Assembly: GCF_030028105.1 (NCBI RefSeq)
Contig: NC_092371.1
Coordinates: 97,057,064 to 97,121,063, forward strand
Origin: Mobula birostris
Taxonomy: Eukaryota
Direction: 5' to 3'
DNA length: 64,000 bases
Below, in pieces: positions 23,417 through 35,046 of the stretch. The translations under genes and the position numbers were made by a program. The first letter of the stretch is position 1. Every line of letters starts with the position of its first letter. The notes beneath the pieces are model-generated. The model had not been told where the DNA came from and made no database searches. It was given only the letters and a program-made list of their open reading frames with translations.

Positions 23417-23599
23417 CCAAAATGAATTGTTGCATTGTAGTCAATAGTGCCCAGACGGAATATTGAAGCGATTTTTGAACGTGTGCTTGGGAACTGTTAC
23501 AAGTGTCTGACAGCTTCTACACGACTCCGGCAGAACCCTATATTGATTTCTCAAGGGAAATGTGCCAGGATCTCGCTCAAATTAATTGCAGCAGCCGGA

Positions 23600-25856
23600 C
23601 TGGTGGCACTGTGGTCGGTTCTGAGGCTCAACAGAGAAGGGTAAAGTCTGGCAGTTAGTAGTTATAGGGGATCTCGATAATGAGGGGGACAGAAAGGAGA
23701 TTCTGTGGCCGCAAACGAGATACCAGGATGGTGTAACACACATCAAAGTTGCTGGTGAACGCAGCAGGCCGGGCAGCATCTCTAGGAAGAGGTACAGTCG
23801 ACGTTTCAGGCCGAGACCCTGGCCTGCTGCGTTCACCAGCAACTTTGATGTGTGTTGCTTGAATTTCCAGCATCCGCAGAATTCCTGTTGTTTACCAGGA
23901 TGGTGTGCTGCTTCCCGGGTGCTAGGGTCCAGGACGTATCGGAACGGCTGCAGGATATTCTCAAGGGGGAGGGTGAACAGCCAGAGGTTGTGGTGGACAT
24001 TGGGGCAATGGCATAGGCAGAAAAAGCGAAAAGCAGTTCCTACGCAGCGAGCTAGGAAAGAAGCTGAAGAGAATAACCTCCAAGGTAGTAAACTCCGGAT
24101 TACTCTCTGTGCCACAGTCTAGTGCAGGTCGGAATGGGGTAACAGCACGGAAGAGTGGGTGGCTGAGGAGATGGTGCAGGGGACAGGGTTTCAAGTTGTT
24201 GGATCATTGGAACCTTTTCTGGGGAAGGAGTAACCCGCACAAGAGGGATGGCTTGCATCTGAACTGGAGGGGAACCAATATCCAGGCCTGGAGGTTTGCT
24301 GATGTTACTCGGGAGGGTTTAAAATAGTTTTGCAGGGAGCTGGGAACCAGAACCCCCTGATCAGTAAGTGAATGAACAGACAGGAAAATATTGAAAGGCA
24401 AAATCGAAATAACAGGTCGGATAGTTTGAAGTGTGTATACTTTAATGCTAGGGGTATTACAGATAAGGGTGATGAACGGAGCATCGATCAGTACCTGAAA
24501 TCCGATGTTGTAGCCATTACTGAAACCTTGTTGAGAGAGAGGCAGTAATGGGTGATTAATGTACCAGGTTTTCGACATTTTAGAAAAGATAGAGTGGGGG
24601 TGGGGGGTGGAGGAGTTGCACTACTAATCAGGTCGTCTCTTACCAACTCGATTGAGTTTTTTGACAAGCTGACGAGAGAGACTGATGAGGGTAGGGCAGT
24701 TGATGTTGTCCACATGGATTTTAGTAAGGCCTTTGAGAAGGTCCCTCATGGGAGGCTAATCCGGAAGATTAGGATACATAGGCTGCACGGCGAATTGGCT
24801 GTTGCATTCAGAACTGGCTTGCACATGGAAAGCAGGGACTTATTCGAGCTGGAGGTCTGTGATTAGAGATGTTCTGCAGGGATCTGTGCTGGGACCTCTG
24901 CTGTTTGTGATGTGTATAAGGGACCTAGATGAAAATGTGGATTGGTTTGTGAATAAGTTTGCGGATGATACCAAGACTGGTGGAGTTGTGGATAGCGTGG
25001 AAGACTGGCAAGTAATACGGTGCAATATAGATCAGTTACAAGCATGGGCAGAGAAATGGCAGGTGGAGTTTAACCCAGATAAATATGAGGTGATGCACCT
25101 TGGCAGGTCAAATGCCAGGAGACAGTACACTGTTAAGGGCGAAATCCTTAAGTGTTGCTGAGCAAAGAGATCTTGGGATCCAAGTTCATAGCTCCTTGAA
25201 AGTGGCTACACTAGTCCATAAGATGGCTTACAGAATTCTTGCTTATATTAATAGAAGCATTGAGTTCAAAAATCCAGAGCTTATGTTGCAACTTTATAAA
25301 ACTCTGGTTGGGGCACTTTTGGAGTATTGCAAACAGTTCTAGTCGCTCCACTATAGGAAGGATGTTGAGATTTTGGAGTGGGTGTAGAAGAGGTTTACCG
25401 GGATGCTGCCTGGTTGAGAGAGCATGTGCTATCACGAGAAGCTGGATAAACTTGGGTTGTTTTCTCTGGAGTGCCAGAGGCTGAGGGGAGATCTGATAGT
25501 TTATAAGATTAAGAGGCACAGATAGAGTAGATGGGGAGTATTTGTTTCCCAGAGTTGAAACGTCTCATGCCAGAGGGGAAGCATTGAATGTGAGAGGGGG
25601 GTAAGTTCAAGGGGGATGTGGGGGTAAGTTTTTTATTCAGAGTCATGGATACCTGGAATGTGCTGTCTGGTATGATAGTAGAGCAAATACATTACAGGCG
25701 TTTGGATAGACATGTGGAGGTAAGGAAGATGGAGGGATATGGACATATTGTAGGTAGGAGGGATTAATGTTTGGGTAGTCTTGATTTGCTTTTTAGCTGG
25801 TTCGGCACAACATTGTGGGCCGAATGGCCTGCATGCGCTGTACTGTTCTATGTTCA
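23600..25856 (+). mobile_element. Internally deleted CR1 LINE
   Basis: Esterase pieces (HKRDGLHLNWRGTN), an EN start fused to RT (VHMDFSKAFEKVPHG, NKFADDTK), and a 3' tail tgtactgttctatgttc. Confidence 0.85.
23735..23892. mobile_element. 158-bp Penelope insertion with a perfect 36-bp inverted repeat and 14-bp TSD
   Basis: Arms 23735-23770 and 23821-23856 are exact reverse complements; TSD taccaggatggtgt at 23721-23734 and 23893-23906 lies within the CR1 esterase. Confidence 0.9.
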
Positions 25857-26101
25857 AATGAGCGTCTATAGCTCCGCAAAATCCTTACGTGTTTATGTAA
25901 GCGCGTTCACAAGGGGAGAAACCCCAAAGCGACGTAACAAGTTTCAGTAGATATGTACGCAACTTCAGAATACAAGTCAGGAGCGATAGGTTGTAGAGCA
26001 ATATTCTGTCCAATAAAACAAAAGACCGATTTTTATCGATTTTCATCGACTGTATTATCTGGTGTAAAATGGCAAAGGCTGAGTAATTTCTTCCCTTGTA
26101 G

Positions 26102-26176
26102 CCTTTCGTTCCCTGGTTTTTCTACGTGTCTGCCCGCAAGTCGGTGTAAAGAGCAGGTCCTAAACAGAGTCTTCAA
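26102..26176 (+). other. Candidate non-coding 5' exon
   Basis: Acceptor aatttcttcccttgtAG at 26100-26101, donor CAA|GTAAGT at 26177; no ATG inside; unique DNA about 2.1 kb upstream of the GP1BB coding exon. Confidence 0.35.
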
Positions 26177-27679
26177 GTAAGTGTTCACCTTTGTATTGAC
26201 CCTACGCCCTTCCTTTTTATCCAGCCGGCGATTATTAAAGAAAGAGTTTGAGCAGCTTTCGATATATTTGATTTAATACCTAACATCATTTTGAGCACCA
26301 AATGATTCAACATTTCGTATGCATTCATTTGAAAAATCGATAACTTGGAACTTTTTGGCTTCCAGGGAGAGGTAGAGTAAGTCTAAATTTAATTTGAACA
26401 AGAAGTCCCTCTCTAGATGCGTTTCGTAGCAGAGTAACGAAGAAACGATACGTTGGTTACTTCATATCCCTCCCCGCACTGATGGTCAGAAACGCTGCCG
26501 CTTTAGTTCAGCGGGCCATTCAGTTCAAGTCTCTGTGAGTCAGTAGAGCTCTTAACCACCCCCCCCCCCCCATAGCAAAGGAGTGAGATAACTTTCCAAA
26601 GAAGCATAAAGTGGCAGCACCTAGTTTATGATTTCTCCATCGGAGCCTGGAAGACCCAGCAAGATTTATGGATAGCAACTCTGTTGATGAGTGCATTGGG
26701 AATTTAATTCACGATTTAACTTCCGTATGTTAACGTATTCTTCAAATGATGTTGGTTGGAAGCTATGTACAAACCACAGGATTTGGGATACAGGACTTCC
26801 CACGATTCTTCCACAATCTCTAAAGAAATTTGTGGACAATCAAGTGCACTGAAGCGCGTTTACCACTGAAATATGCATTTTTTAAACAGCGAAAATTCCT
26901 TTAAAAAGCAATGCATAACTTGAGAATTGGAAATTAGGAACAGGAGTAGGTTAGATGCCGCAATCTTTAAAGCTTGCCCCAACATTCAGAATGGCCACGG
27001 CGGATCTGCCTTAGCTTTCAACCCTTCTCGGTGCTCAAGCACCTCAGCTTTTAATTCCTGACCTTTCAAAAGCGCATCTCTGCTCCCGCCTCCTTAAGGA
27101 CCACTAATGATCTATCTTCCAATGTTCCAGAGATTCGCAACTCCCTTAGAAGAAATTTCCATCCGCCTCAGTTTTAAATTACCACTTCATTTGTTGTATC
27201 GGTATCCCTTCGTTCAGACTCTTCCACTGGCGGAAACACCTCAGTATCTATCCGGTCATGCACCTTAGAGTTTATGTTTTGGTTCTTCTACAAAGCGTAC
27301 AGATCCAGTTTCTTTAGTCTGTTAGGATAGGATAGTCCTCTCACTCCAAGTCTCTAGAGATGCTACTTGAAAGATAACACTAGACAAACGAGTCAACAAA
27401 CAATCGAAAAGGAGCGAAACGGGGTCCTTTAGGTGCACCATGGAGGCTAGATTGGGTCCAGTTTAATACTTCATCCGAAAAGTGGAATCTTTGACAGTAT
27501 AGCTTTCCCGCTGTAGCGCAGTAAGCGATCGTCATGCCCCAGCATGCAGTCACATCCCGTCAGTACTACTGCTGTGATAGCCCAAAGATGTCCCAGACCT
27601 TGCACTAAATCCACCGGTCCTACACCTAAGTTTGAAATGCACTTGAAACGGTTAAGCGCTCAATTCAATTTCTGCCTAC

Positions 27680-28190
27680 AAAACAAAAATGCGGGGCAGG
27701 AACTTACCGGGTGATACAGCATCGTCGGAGGGGAATGAACCGTCGACAACCTTCATCTGGACTGAAAGAGGAGCCATTGCAGTATAAAGAGGTGAAGGGA
27801 AGGGGCCGATCAAGCGTTAGCAAGAAGCGGGTCGATCCAGGTGAGGAGGGGTGATAGGCCGGCGGAGAGGGGAGTGCAAAGAGGCCGGGAGGCGCTACGC
27901 GAAGGCAACAAAGGGCTGCGAGTGATGGACTCTGACAGGAAAGAAAGGAGAGCATGAAGCGAAATAAGGGAGGTGGTGAGGAACGGTGAAGGGTGGGGAC
28001 CCAGTGGGAGGAGGATGTGAGTGGTGGGCAGATGGAGTGTGTGGAGGAAGGGAAAGACACTGCATGATAGGGAGTGGAGGCGGAGCAGATGTCGCGGGAA
28101 ATGAGTACGGGAGGAGTGAGCAAAGGGATGGAGGGGAGTAGTTTACCTGAAATTGCTCCAGATTTAAACATCTGCAGTCCCGTGTATTCC
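27680..28190 (-). mobile_element. Old Penelope relic just upstream of the GP1BB exon
   Basis: Minus strand: cagatgtttaaatctggagcaa (GIY-YIG tail-like), pyrimidine-rich stretch, then cagtcCAGATGAagg... (a decayed hammerhead) and terminal-repeat remnants. Confidence 0.5.
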
Positions 28191-28309
28191 CACATGCGTG
28201 ATTCTACCGGGTCCTGATGCGGGCATTTCTCACCAACAGCGACTCTATCTATCCTTGCTTAATTTCTAGGACAACTTATATTCTGTTTCCCCCTCCTCAG
28301 GTTATTACG

Positions 28310-28864
28310 ATGAGATGGCAAGAAACGTTCCTTGTATTTCTTTCCATGCTTCGTGTGGCGGTTTTCCAGTGCCCGGAAACTTGCAGCTGCTCCGGGACGT
28401 TTGTGGACTGCAGCGGACAGGAACTGGACATCAGCACGGTCCCCAAGCGCTTTATGGGCACCATCACCGAAATTAAACTGAGCAACAACAAGCTCTCCGC
28501 CATCCCCAACGGCCTCTTCGACTCTCTGCATCACCTCCGGTCTGTGTCGTTGGACAATAACCCATGGGCATGCGATTGTGATATTTTATACTTGAGATCT
28601 TGGCTTCTTAAACAAGAAGATCGTTCCCAGTATAAGCATTTAACGTGTTCCTCGCCCACTGAGCTTCAGAACAGGCGGATATTGTATCTAACCGAGGATG
28701 AAGTCATCTCCGCCTGCAATGACTGGTACTGTGACGTTGTTCTGATATGTCAGATCGCATTGTTCATCTTCATCGGCATCCAGGCCATTCTCCTGATATT
28801 TGTTATAATATATCTGAAGAGATTTGAGACTCTTTCGGAAGAAGCTATTCGATCGACAAAATAA
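28310..28864 (+). CDS. GP1BB: Platelet/thrombocyte glycoprotein Ib beta chain-like protein (184 aa from ATG 28310)
   Basis: Signal peptide MRWQETFLVFLSMLRVAVFQ; LRRNT CPETCSCSGTFVDC; one LRR (IKLSNNKLSAIPNGLFDSL); LRRCT NPWACDCDILYLRSWL...LTCSSP...YLTEDEVISAC; juxtamembrane WYCD; TM ICQIALFIFIGIQAILLIFVIIY; short basic tail. A strong acceptor ttctgtttccccctcctcAG at 28299-28300 precedes the ATG. The YLxEDE..AC and QxALL..xQA.LL patterns fit GPIb-beta better than GPIX. Confidence 0.85.
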   Translation: MRWQETFLVFLSMLRVAVFQCPETCSCSGTFVDCSGQELDISTVPKRFMGTITEIKLSNNKLSAIPNGLFDSLHHLRSVSLDNNPWACDCDILYLRSWLLKQEDRSQYKHLTCSSPTELQNRRILYLTEDEVISACNDWYCDVVLICQIALFIFIGIQAILLIFVIIYLKRFETLSEEAIRSTK

Positions 28865-31305
28865 AATCCTGTCCATTCGGGCTAGCATTGACCATCTATC
28901 TTATACCCACTCATTTGATGGAATTCCCGCATGTTCCCTATCTGTGTTCTTGAAAGTACCGCGGAAAAAAAAGTAGACTCCTGTTTTATTCCGGTGATGC
29001 TGAGATACCGCGTTGCTATTCTACAATGTCCTCTGATCTCTTTCCAAGAAACGCTTGCGGAAATTTTAAACATATGTCACCATAGATATTGGAGCCTGGA
29101 ATTGTGGCACTCTCTGGTGTTATCATTGAAAATTTTTACTGGTTGATGTTGACAAATGCTTCCCTGTGAAATTATGTAATTATCACAAATTATTTAGGAT
29201 TATTTGCTTTCAATAACTCGATGGTTAAGGAGGGGTTGAGTAGAAGTTGGGACGATTGATACAAAATGCATGAAGATGCAGTCTTGAAATTACAAATGGT
29301 CCGTCTGCAAAAGAAAGAAATGTCGATGACTCTCCAAGCAACTCTCCATTGCGGGAACGAATGTCATTGACAAAACTACTAAAGCAATGTTAAATAACAT
29401 TTTGTATCAAAGCAGATTTAATACTGATATTTCTTAAGGTTATTTTAATTCTGGAGATTGAAGTTTATCTATCGAAATGTACACTGTAATCTTGGACAAC
29501 AACTTTTTTTTCTGTGTTTAACTCAATCACAATACTGAAATCACGATGTAAGAAGAAAATGCTGGAAATTCTCAGTAGGCCTGGAAATATCTATGGAGAG
29601 TAGCCGAAGTTTGATTGAAGTCATCGACTTGACCAATTATCTCTTTTTCGCCCTTCAGATGTTACCCGACCCATAGAGCGTTTGTAACCTTTGTTTTAGT
29701 TCAGCTATCCAACATCTGCATTATTTTGATTTTGTACTTAAACATGAAATTGTACATCATTTTGTAATAACTGTATTGTTTACTATGGAAATATTGTAAT
29801 TGTAGCCTGAGGAATTTGATTAACGTAGTTTTTAATTGATTTACCATGAAGGTGAGTAGCAGGAAACTGAACATTATACAAATCAACCCCATTCGTCATG
29901 ATCCGCTTTTATTTCTTATACTGTATATTAGAGGAAGTCGGCCTGTGTCCTTCTAGCTAAAATCAATAATTCTGGCAATGATGGCGACCAAATTTGCAGT
30001 GGGGCAGATTTTTCATGTTCCTGAACACCTTACAAAGTCATTCCTATTAAGTTATGTTGAATCGCTCTGGCCATAGCGGGATAGGGACACCGTCGTCACT
30101 ATTTCTTTTTCCTTTCAGAAATTTAGAAATGTCTTAGAAATTCAATTTTTTCGTTCATTTTTTAAACTAATATATTCTTGCCCCGTTTGTTAGTTAATTG
30201 GGAGATTCGCTCTCCATTTTAATGAAAACCGCTCCACAGCGTTTCTGCAGGCTAGAGAAGGAAAATCTCTTTCAATGTGACTCCTATCGGCGGTTATTCG
30301 TCACTTTTTTTCTTTGACTCCAGCTTCCGTATTAAACCCACTTACCAAATGTAAAGATTCTGCAACTAACTCGAAACACTTGGTTCAAATCAACTCAGAA
30401 TCCAGCGTAATTGTACTCTCCTTATTCCTGGCCGGAGAAGAAAGAAGGTAGGTTAGTTGATTCGGCGACACTGTCTTTGCAGTTGTGCCTGGAACCATAG
30501 TCAATCACTGGGACATAATATTTCCTGGTACGAGTTATTTCCTCGCACCCGGGTTAAGAACTCCGACATAAGAATGGGCTGCATTAATGTAACACAAAGT
30601 TCTGACGTATACATATACTTATCCAGACGAACAGCAGAACTAGTCTGCTCTCTCTCCAATAGCTCTTTCTTATCAGTCTTATGTGTTTCAAGGCCATTCT
30701 CTACAATACCTGGAGGTATGCTAACGTATCGAATGGATTTTTTTGTTTGTATTTTGCAATTTACAGGCAAAATCGACTAACAGGAATCTGTAAAAACGAA
30801 ACCTGTTTGTTACCAGGGCACGACCTGTAAAGGGAAGATGAAGCCCTCAAGTAACGACTTGATCGAACACCTTCATCATAATGCGCAGTTATCTGACCTC
30901 ATCATAATAATACCTATATCTACATCGAAGTATCTATTACTGCAACACGCTTAGTGTGTTTTTTAAAATCTACATTGGACTATCACTCCTCACACCAGAT
31001 CCCATTGTGTGTATATCTTTCCCTATACATACCTCTCATCCTCACATTTCCAATCACCACAGTCATTCATTTTCTGATGTCATGCTTTCCCTTGCGACCG
31101 CCATTCTTACATTCTCTCAGTTAATCCATTTAAGTTATGCCTCCTTTCCTTTCTCCATAACAAGGAAAGAGAACGCTATGTGAATATGAAGTAAGCGGCA
31201 TGTGACTGATCATTTATATAATGATAACCCATAAATATTCCTCTTTTAGCAGTTATATCTACCACGACACCTTCTCCTATCCGGTGAAATGGGATTTTGA
31301 TAGTA

Positions 31306-31560
31306 GGGGCGGCACTGTAGCGTAATGGTTAGTGCAGGTGACACGGGTTCAATTCCCGCCGCTGCCTGTAATGAGCTTGTACGTTCACCCCGTGACCGGG
31401 TTCCTCTGGGTACTCTGGTTTCCCCCCACAGTCCAAAGACGTACTGGTTGGTAGGTTGATTGGTAGGGTTAACTGGACGTTGTAAATTGTCTCGTGGGTA
31501 GTTTAGGATCAAATCGGAGGATTGCTGGGCAGCGCGGCTAGAAGGTCCGGAAGGGCCCAT
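31306..31560 (+). mobile_element. tRNA-derived V-SINE/HE1-like SINE
   Basis: A box TAGCGTAATGG (31318-31328), B box GGTTCAATTCC (31346-31356), V-core-like gggttcctctgggtactctggtttccccccacagtccaaagac. Confidence 0.75.
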
Positions 31561-31574
31561 TCTGATATGTCCAC

Positions 31575-32128
31575 ACATTTTAATTCCACGTCCCATTCCC
31601 ATTCTGATATGTCTATCCACGGCCTCCTCGACTGTAAAGATGAAGCCACACGCAGGTTGGAGGAACAACACCTTATATTCCGTCTAGGTAGCCTCCAACC
31701 TGATGGCATGAACATTGACTTCTAAAACTTCCGCTAATGCCCCAACTCCACCTCGTACCCCATCCGTTATTTATTTATATACACACATTCTTTCTCTCTC
31801 TCTCTCCTTTTTCTCCCTCTGTCCCTCTCACTATACACCTTACCCATCCTCTGGGTTCCCCCCCCTCCCCCTTTTCTTTCTCCCTAGGCCTCCTGTCCCA
31901 TGATCCTCTCATAGCCCTTTTGCCAATCACCTGTCCAGCTCTTGGCTCCATCCCTCCCCCTCCTGTCTTCTCCTATCATTTTGGATCTCCCCTCCCCCTC
32001 CTACTTTCAAATCCCTTACTAGCTATAGCTCTTCTTTCAGTTAGTCCTGACAAAGGTTCTCAGCCCGAAACATCGACTGTGCCTCTTCCTAGAGATGCTG
32101 CCTGGCCTGCTGCGTTCACCAGCAACAT
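31575..32128 (+). mobile_element. Penelope-like element 3' end with a decayed hammerhead (32042-32079)
   Basis: SHSHSDMSIHGLLDCKDEATRRLEEQHLIFRLGSLQPDGMNIDF; tagtc CTGACAA agg..ccc GAAACATC gactg (core substitutions). Confidence 0.85.
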
Positions 32129-33025
32129 GAGCCGCGAAATGTACGTGAAGCCAGGGGAAATTCCCTGATGGAGTGAAGATAATGAAAGTGGCAGGACCTG
32201 CGCTTATTTCACAGGATTAACTCTGAGCTGTCAGAATCTGGTGTAGCAAATATGTATTATGTAACTTATCCAACAAGCCTGAGTTTGCAGACACAAATAC
32301 TTATAGTGTTCTTTATTCTAACGTTAAAGCACTTAATATTCTAGAGATAAGCGTTGTTCCTTGAGTCTGCGCTTGTTCATATTGTGACAGAGCTTCTGAC
32401 TTGCCGGGGAATCAAATATAAAAGCATTCTCATAAACAATTGTACACATACTTTTGTGCAGTTGGAACGTATTTCTGCCCTAGTGGTAGACGGAGTGAAT
32501 GTTTATGGTGGAACAGTTGTTCCAATAAATTTTAAAAAAATTACTTGAATGGCGTCATGCTTCGTAAGCGTTGTTAGAACGGTATCCATCCAATTAACGC
32601 ATCGTGTGGTGATAGAAAGGTTTTTTGATCTCCCTTTGGAATAAAGCATCCCTCTGCCAATTTCCAGCTTGATGGAATAGTACCTTTGGCCCAGACCTTT
32701 TCTCATGATTATCTCTTAAAAATTGCTCGTGCAGCTTCTTCGAAGCTTTATCTCCTTTACTTACCTTAGGAACACGTTGCTTTCGAGTATCTTTTAAAGT
32801 CGCATGAAACAAATCACTAATTACTTTATAAGTATGGTTTATAGAAGAGATTTTTTCACTCAAATTAATCTTTGTTAGTACTTAAAGAATTAGTTACCTT
32901 CTCACCCCGCAAGTTATAAAGATTAAGGGAAATATTAACGAACACTTGGTAACTGGATGTAAAAAAACTGGGTATTGTCTTTTTCTAAAAGAGTCGATAA
33001 ATGGCAGATTTCACTCCATAAATAC

Positions 33026-33170
33026 CTTCCGTACAGGTAGAATTTGGTTTCTTTTCCGAAGCTAAATCTACTATTGCCCCACATACCACAGCAAAAATCA
33101 GCGGCGTCTTCCCATTGTACGTTGGTAATGGTTAAATGCATCTGATTCCTCGATGAGTCCACGCTCTGAC
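33026..33170 (-). pseudogene. Immunoglobulin light chain (lambda-like) germline-joined V-J relic, FR3-CDR3-J only
   Basis: SVDSSRNQMHLTITNVQWEDAADFCCGMWGNSRFSFGKETKF matches the elasmobranch lambda pattern SVDSSxNxMHLTITNVQSEDAADYYCxxW...FGxGTKL as recalled. V and J are contiguous with no RSS, and a GT donor-like site follows at 33025. No leader, FR1 or FR2 was found upstream. Confidence 0.7.
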
Positions 33171-33590
33171 CCCTCTGAGTTATGTGGGTGTGCGGCCACG
33201 CAGTAACTGAAATGCTCCTGTGCACGTAGCCTTTGTTGCCGCATAGCTGAAATGTTCTTTTATTAACTGTTAATATAATTTAAAATTATGCTAATATAAT
33301 CTTGAAATCTCTGTTAGTATACAGTATTTGTAAAATGTGAGCACGAGCTACCCCGAGGAAAAGCTCAGAGACGAGTCGAAAACATGGTCGGTTACATTCC
33401 TCGCTGATTAAGGTGTCGATGTAGATTGAAACAACGAAGCAAATGTGGAGGAGAGCGAGCGTTTCGTGTCCTTGCCCTCGGAGAGGCCGCTGGTTCGACT
33501 CCTTGCCGTCGGAGGGGCTGCTGGGTCCCGATACTCTCGGACATGTTATTGAAATTCTGAGATTTATGGATTGGACTGTAGTATAAACTA

Positions 33591-34450
33591 CCGTGGCATG
33601 AAAAGGTTTGGGCACCCTGGTCAAAATTTCTGTTACTGTGAATAGCTGAGTAAAAGATGAAATGATTTCCAAAAGGAATAAAGTTAAAGATGACACATTT
33701 CTTTAATATTTTAAGCAAGAAAACTTTCTTATTTCCATCTTTTACAGTTTCAAAGTAACAAAAAAAGGAAAAGGGCCAGAAGCAAAAGTTTGGGCACCCT
33801 GCATGGCAGTACTTAGTAACACCCCCTTTGGCAAGTATCACAGCTTGTAAACACTTTTTGTAGCCAGCTACGAGTCTTTCAATTCTTGTTTGGGGGATTT
33901 TCTCCCATTCTTCCTTGCAAAAGACTTCTAGTTCTGTGAGTTTCTTGGGCCGTCTTGCATGCACTGCTCTTTTGAGGTCTATCCACAGATTTTCGATGAT
34001 GTTTAGGTCAGGGGACTATGAGGGCCATAGCAAAACCTTCAGCTTGCGCCTCTTCAGGTAGTCCATTGTGGATTTTGAGGTGTGTTTAGGTTCATTATCC
34101 TGTTTTAGAGCCATCCTCTTTTCATCTTCGGCTTTTTTTTTTTTTTACAGACCGTGTGATGGTTGCTTCCAGAATTTGCTGATATTTAATTGAATTTATT
34201 CTTCCCTGTACCAGTAAATGTTCCCCGTGCCACTGGCTGCAACACAAGCCCAAAGCGTGATCGATCCACCCGTGCTTAACAGTTGGAGAGGGTTTTTTCA
34301 TGAAATTCTGCACCCTTTTTCTCCAAACATACCTTTGCTCATTGCGGCCAAAAAGTTCTATTTTAACTGCATCAGTCCACAGGACTTGTTTCCAAAATGC
34401 ATCAGGCTTGTTTACATGTTCCTTTGAACATTTTGAATAGAACTTTTTGG
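33591..34450 (-). mobile_element. Tc1/mariner (IR-DR type) DNA transposon, one end only
   Basis: TA at 33589-33590, then TIR CCGTGGCATGAAAAGGTTTGGGCACCC with the inner direct repeat GCAAAAGTTTGGGCACCC at about 33782. Transposase motifs VLWTDAVKIELFG, PTVKHG, DNEPKHT, PDLNIIENLW, AVILAKGGVTKY. Confidence 0.9.
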
Positions 34451-35046
34451 CCACAATGAGAGGGGCGGCGAGTGGGTGGGTGTGGATTGCTGTCTTTCTT
34501 TCAACTAATACATGGTTTTCTGTATTCTATGGCTATCTGGAAAAGAGACAAATTTCAGAGTTGTATTTTGCATACAATACTTCGATAATAAAATGAACCC
34601 TTGAACCTTTGAATCTTTTGAACCTTTGAAACACTCTGTAATTGATTGTGTTAATGAACATAATCTATAATTTTCTAAATAATAAGCATAGCACAACCTT
34701 TACATCTTACAGCTTAAATTACATTGTTAGTGTTTCGAGTTATAACACTTACAAATTGTAACAATAAATACAGAATGGAAGTCGGTAGCTGATTGTTACC
34801 ATCCAGTCAAAACACTTAACTTTTATCATTGTGCCTGTCTGTTGTTTTGACTGCCTAAAATTGTTTATTTGTGTTGTGAGTTGTGATTTAGATTTTTTTT
34901 TTTATGTGAAAAATTCTTATTCTGACTTTTTTGGTAAGTGATCCTCCAAAAAAAAATCAATCTAATAAGAATAATTTAAATTAAAATATTAGAACAAGAA
35001 AGATTCGTTTCTATAGAACAGTTGCATAACCGATTAGTTTATTAAA

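Noticed and set aside
28217-28309. 31-aa N-terminal extension of the GP1BB ORF
   Set aside because: It lies upstream of, and includes, a strong splice acceptor at 28300; the signal peptide starts at ATG 28310.
30457-30780. ORFs with Ig-like words (NISWYEL, VTQSS on +; VENGLET on -), considered as the missing V or C parts of the Ig relic
   Set aside because: The motif order and cysteine spacing do not fit a V or C domain; unsupported without a search.
33061-33099. RSS nonamer-like GCAAAAATC inside the Ig relic
   Set aside because: No heptamer at 12 or 23 bp spacing; it is the decayed D-Y-Y-C coding sequence.
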